Position numbers and translations under genes: made by a program | In this document: positions 61,009 to 64,000 of the stretch, one piece after another | Layout: the number at the start of each line of letters is the position of its first letter | How positions within the stretch are numbered: position 1 is the first letter of the stretch | Notes under the pieces: model-generated | Databases searched by the model: none | Seen by the model: only the letters and a program-made list of their open reading frames with translations | What the model was told of the DNA's origin: nothing | Assembly (NCBI GenBank): GCA_947629545.1 | Contig: CANREE010000002.1 | Span: forward strand, 5,084 to 69,083 | DNA from: an uncultured Lachnospiraceae bacterium | Lineage (GTDB): Bacteria; Bacillota; Clostridia; Lachnospirales; Lachnospiraceae | DNA length: 64,000 nt | Direction: 5' to 3'

Positions 61009-62361
61009 ATGATGGATCGATTAAGGAAAGCAGGGCGTTTCCTGTGCTCGATGAAATGCGCTGTCATTCTGCTGGTAATTCTGGCGCTTGCCTGCACTGC
61101 CGGCAGCCTGCTTCCGCAGGGACAGACGGCGGCTTATTATACGGCGAATTACGCGGAATCCCTGGCGGGGGCGATTCTGCTGTTCAGGCTGGATGATGTC
61201 TTCCACTGCTGGTGGTTCGTGGGGCTGACATTGTTTTTGTGTGCCAATCTGCTGGCCTGCAATGTTCTGCGCTTCCCGGCGCTTATGAAGCGGATGAAGG
61301 AAGGATTTACCGCGGTGAAGCGGATCGCCGGGTGGGACGGCATCCCGGCGGCAGTGACGGCGGAAGAGCCGGAGGAAATATTCAGGAAGCTGGGATTTCG
61401 GAATGTGACGCGTGGAGTTATGGCTGCGGCGAAAGTGGCACAGACGGGAGGAGTGGAGACGTCTGTCCCCACGCGCTATGCGGTCCGGCACCGCGCCGGC
61501 ATCTGGGGCGCGTGGCTGTGCCATCTGGGGATGCTGGTGGTGATTGCCGGCTTCGGGCTGGGACAGATGTTTCAGGTTCAATATTCGGTCTACGGAGTCC
61601 CCGGGCAGACGAAGCTGGTCGGTGATACCGGTTATACGCTGCGAATCGACGATTTTCAGGTGAAACTGCGCGAGGACGACACTGTGGAACAGTATGAGAC
61701 GGCCGTGACGGTGTCGGGCAACGGGACAGCCGGTGAGACCGGAACCGTCAGCGTCAATCATCCGCTTACCCTTCATGGTATGAAATTATATCAGAATTCC
61801 ACCGGTTGGGCTGCGAACGTGCAGATTTTCAAAGGAAACGAACTTCTGCAGGAAGGTGTGATCTGCGCCGGAGAGTATGCGCTGGTCGAAGATATGGAAG
61901 GGCTGGCGGTCGTACTGAACGCGTTCTACCCGGATTATGTCCGCGGCGCCGATGGGATGCCTATGACGGCGTCACCCGCGCTGAATCACCCGGGCTACCT
62001 CTACACCCTTTACTACCACGATCAGATCCTTGGAATGAATGTGCTGACGGAAGACGAGATCATAACGGTGGAGGATTACGGAATTCGCTTTACCGATCCG
62101 CAGCAGTATACGCTGATTCAGGTCAAGCGCGACCCGTTTACGCCACTGGCTGCCGCTGGCGGACTGCTGGTCATGCTTGCGTTGGTACTGGCCTTTTATC
62201 TGCCGCCGGAGGAAGTCTGGGCTGTTCAAAGAGAAGACGGAACCTGGGCGCTGGCAGGAAAGAGCCGGAAGGCCGGGGCCTATTTCCTTGAGGAGCTGGC
62301 GAAATACGGTGCAAAACCCCCGGTGGGTACTGAGGGTGGTTCGGCGGCGCGGCAGGAATAA
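61009..62361 (+). CDS. resB: System II cytochrome c biogenesis protein ResB/Ccs1
   Basis: SMKCAVILL..GSLLPQ, DDVFHCWWF, WLCHLG, VSVNHPL..LYQ, VKRDP. Confidence 0.88.
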   Translation: MMDRLRKAGRFLCSMKCAVILLVILALACTAGSLLPQGQTAAYYTANYAESLAGAILLFRLDDVFHCWWFVGLTLFLCANLLACNVLRFPALMKRMKEGFTAVKRIAGWDGIPAAVTAEEPEEIFRKLGFRNVTRGVMAAAKVAQTGGVETSVPTRYAVRHRAGIWGAWLCHLGMLVVIAGFGLGQMFQVQYSVYGVPGQTKLVGDTGYTLRIDDFQVKLREDDTVEQYETAVTVSGNGTAGETGTVSVNHPLTLHGMKLYQNSTGWAANVQIFKGNELLQEGVICAGEYALVEDMEGLAVVLNAFYPDYVRGADGMPMTASPALNHPGYLYTLYYHDQILGMNVLTEDEIITVEDYGIRFTDPQQYTLIQVKRDPFTPLAAAGGLLVMLALVLAFYLPPEEVWAVQREDGTWALAGKSRKAGAYFLEELAKYGAKPPVGTEGGSAARQE

Positions 62362-62403
62362 AAGTATCATGGAGCGGCGCAGGACGACGGGACAGGAGCA
62401 GTT

Positions 62404-62457
62404 GAAACCATAGAAACAGCAAAAACAACAAAGACAACAAAAACAACAAAAACAACA
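62404..62457 (+). repeat. 9-bp tandem repeat (consensus AAAACAACA, ~6 copies) between resB and ccsA
   Basis: gaaaccata gaaacagca aaaacaaca aagacaaca aaaacaaca aaaacaaca. Confidence 0.85.
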
Positions 62458-62485
62458 CAGAAGGAACAGGCAAGGAGAGCATATT

Positions 62486-63316
62486 ATGGACAGCAGCGGG
62501 TTTCTCGCAATCGAAAACGCATTATTCACGGCGGTCATGATCCTCTATCTGATCTCGATGGCGCTGTATTTCATCTTTTTCGCCATGAAGAATGAGAAGG
62601 CGGCCCGGATTGCCGGCTGGGTCATCACGCTGGCATTCGTACTGCATACGGCGGCCCTCATTGTACGCGGCGTCGGCGCGGGGCGGCTTCCGCTGACGAA
62701 TCAGTACGAGTTCGCAACCAGTTTTGCATGGGGAATCTGCCTGTGTTTTCTGGTCTTCGTGAAGAAGTACCATTTTCAGGCACTGGGGACCTTTGTCACT
62801 CCGGTGATCTTTCTGCTGATCGGCTACGCCGCCATGCAGAGCCGTGAGGTGCGGGAACTGATGCCGGCGCTTCGAAGCAACTGGCTGGGCATCCATGTGT
62901 CCACTGCGATCATTTCCTACGGTGCATTCGGCGTGTCGTTCGCGGTGTCGCTCATGTTCCTGCTCAAACAGGGCCGTGAGAATCATGATTTCTGGAAAAA
63001 GAATATTCCGGACTATGACAGGCTGGATATCATCAGTTACCGGGCTGTGTCGCTGGGCTTCCTTTTCCTGACTTTCGTCATTATCACAGGGGCCATCTGG
63101 GCCGAGCGTGCCTGGGGCAGTTACTGGTCCTGGGATCCGAAGGAGACCTGGTCGCTGATTACCTGGATCATTTACGCGCTTTATCTGCATCTGCGATTGA
63201 ATAAAGGCTGGCGCGGCAGGAAAGCCGCGTGGTTTGCGGTGATCGGTTTTGTCTGCGTGCTGTTCACCTATATCGGTGTGAACACCTGGATTCCGGGAAT
63301 CCACAGCTACGCGTAG
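62486..63316 (+). CDS. ccsA: System II cytochrome c synthase CcsA/ResC
   Basis: PLTNQYE, LMPALRSNWLGIHV, WWD motif WAERAWGSYWSWDPKETW, GIHSY. Confidence 0.93.
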   Translation: MDSSGFLAIENALFTAVMILYLISMALYFIFFAMKNEKAARIAGWVITLAFVLHTAALIVRGVGAGRLPLTNQYEFATSFAWGICLCFLVFVKKYHFQALGTFVTPVIFLLIGYAAMQSREVRELMPALRSNWLGIHVSTAIISYGAFGVSFAVSLMFLLKQGRENHDFWKKNIPDYDRLDIISYRAVSLGFLFLTFVIITGAIWAERAWGSYWSWDPKETWSLITWIIYALYLHLRLNKGWRGRKAAWFAVIGFVCVLFTYIGVNTWIPGIHSYA

Positions 63317-63373
63317 CAGCATGCAAATAGCACAGGAAAAGATCGTGCGAAAGCACATAAAAGTCAAATAAAG

Positions 63374-63421
63374 AGTTCTCGTAAAGTTCTTGCGAAAAGT
63401 TCTCGTAAAGTTCTTACGAAA
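63374..63421 (+). repeat. 24-bp direct repeat x2 just upstream of the tRNA promoter
   Basis: agttctcgtaaagttcttgcgaaa / agttctcgtaaagttcttacgaaa. Confidence 0.85.
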
Positions 63422-63425
63422 GAAC

Positions 63426-63454
63426 TTGACAAACGAAAACAGATAGATTAGAAT
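63426..63454 (+). promoter_or_regulatory. SigA promoter of the tRNA
   Basis: TTGACA-17 bp-TAGAAT. Confidence 0.75.
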
Positions 63455-63501
63455 ATATTTTGCTGTGAAGATATCGTTGATATCGGAGCGGCGAAGGATA
63501 T

Positions 63502-63575
63502 GTGTGCGTAGCTCAGCTGGATAGAGCACTTGGCTACGGACCAAGGTGTCGGGGGTTCGAATCCTCTCGCGCACG
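63502..63575 (+). tRNA. tRNA-Arg(ACG), CCA not encoded
   Basis: Acceptor GTGTGCG/CGCGCAC, D-arm GCTCAGCTGGATAGAGC, anticodon arm CTTGG-CTACGGA-CCAAG, T-loop GTTCGAATC. Confidence 0.96.
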
Positions 63576-63576
63576 T

Positions 63577-63605
63577 AAAGCCCCGGGAATGTCCCGGGGC
63601 TTTTT
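63577..63605 (+). terminator. Intrinsic terminator after the tRNA
   Basis: AAAGCCCCGGGA-ATG-TCCCGGGGCTTTTT. Confidence 0.88.
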
Positions 63606-63741
63606 CTGATGGTGCAGGTAAGGTTTTTGTATTCGAATTTTATAAAGATAAAGCTTGCGGAAAAACAGCGGAAAAGGTATAATGAAAGAAGCGGATTTTG
63701 TATACAAAAAATACAAATTATTTCATAAGGAGGATAACAGA

Positions 63742-64000
63742 ATGGATATTCGCTATTCAGCCAATCAGAAGGATGTGAAACGTTATACGACCGAGGAGCT
63801 GAGAAATGAGTTCCTGATCACAGATCTGTATGCGCCCAATGAGGTACACGCGGTTTATTCCCACGTGGACCGCATGGTAACGATGGGCTGTATGCCGACG
63901 ACGGAGCAGGTTTCCATCGACAAGGACATCGACTGCTGGAAGAATTTCGGGACCAATTTCTTCCTGGAGCGCAGGGAGATCGGTATTTTCAATATCGGCG
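63742..64000 (+). CDS. kduI: 5-dehydro-4-deoxy-D-glucuronate isomerase, 5' part (runs off the window)
   Basis: Hand translation MDIRYSANQKDVKRYTTEELRNEFLI..YSHVDRM..FLERREIGIFNIG; AAGGAGG RBS. Confidence 0.92.
   Translation, partial: MDIRYSANQKDVKRYTTEELRNEFLITDLYAPNEVHAVYSHVDRMVTMGCMPTTEQVSIDKDIDCWKNFGTNFFLERREIGIFNIG

Noticed and set aside
54000-63575. tRNA-anchored genomic island
   Set aside because: The accessory genes lie 5' of the tRNA, with no duplicated tRNA 3' end and no adjacent integrase

Overview
GC-rich, spore-forming Clostridia chromosome segment (inferred Lachnospiraceae-like), with genes mostly on the + strand. 1-24.5 kb is a large cell-surface glycan locus: glf, several glycosyltransferases (GTs), two Wzx/MOP flippases, an amino-sugar aminotransferase beside an ATP-grasp ligase, a GacI/J/K/L-like side-chain module, rmlC, Wzm/Wzt, and a 1347-aa methyltransferase-kinase-like-coiled-coil-GT2-GT4 protein, with an embedded L,D-transpeptidase. 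24.5-54 kb is a sporulation/housekeeping backbone (spoIIID, cysE, SPOCS/LysM coat protein, ispE-GntR, spoIIR, ddl-murI, rpoB-rpoC). It is interrupted by a tandem pair of intact tyrosine recombinases under phased Spo0A-like boxes, an AmtB-PII fusion with a double-terminator ANTAR-like leader, and a TetR-MFP-RND-TolC-TolC operon, although the organism appears monoderm. RpoB has Asn at the rifamycin-pocket His (E. coli H526). 54-64 kb holds a SARP/BTAD regulator, a mosaic LRR-vWA sortase-anchored adhesin, nrfA-resB-ccsA with no nrfH, tRNA-Arg(ACG) and the start of kduI. No CRISPR array, rRNA, IS element or prophage was seen. All calls come from motif recognition by eye; no database search was run.
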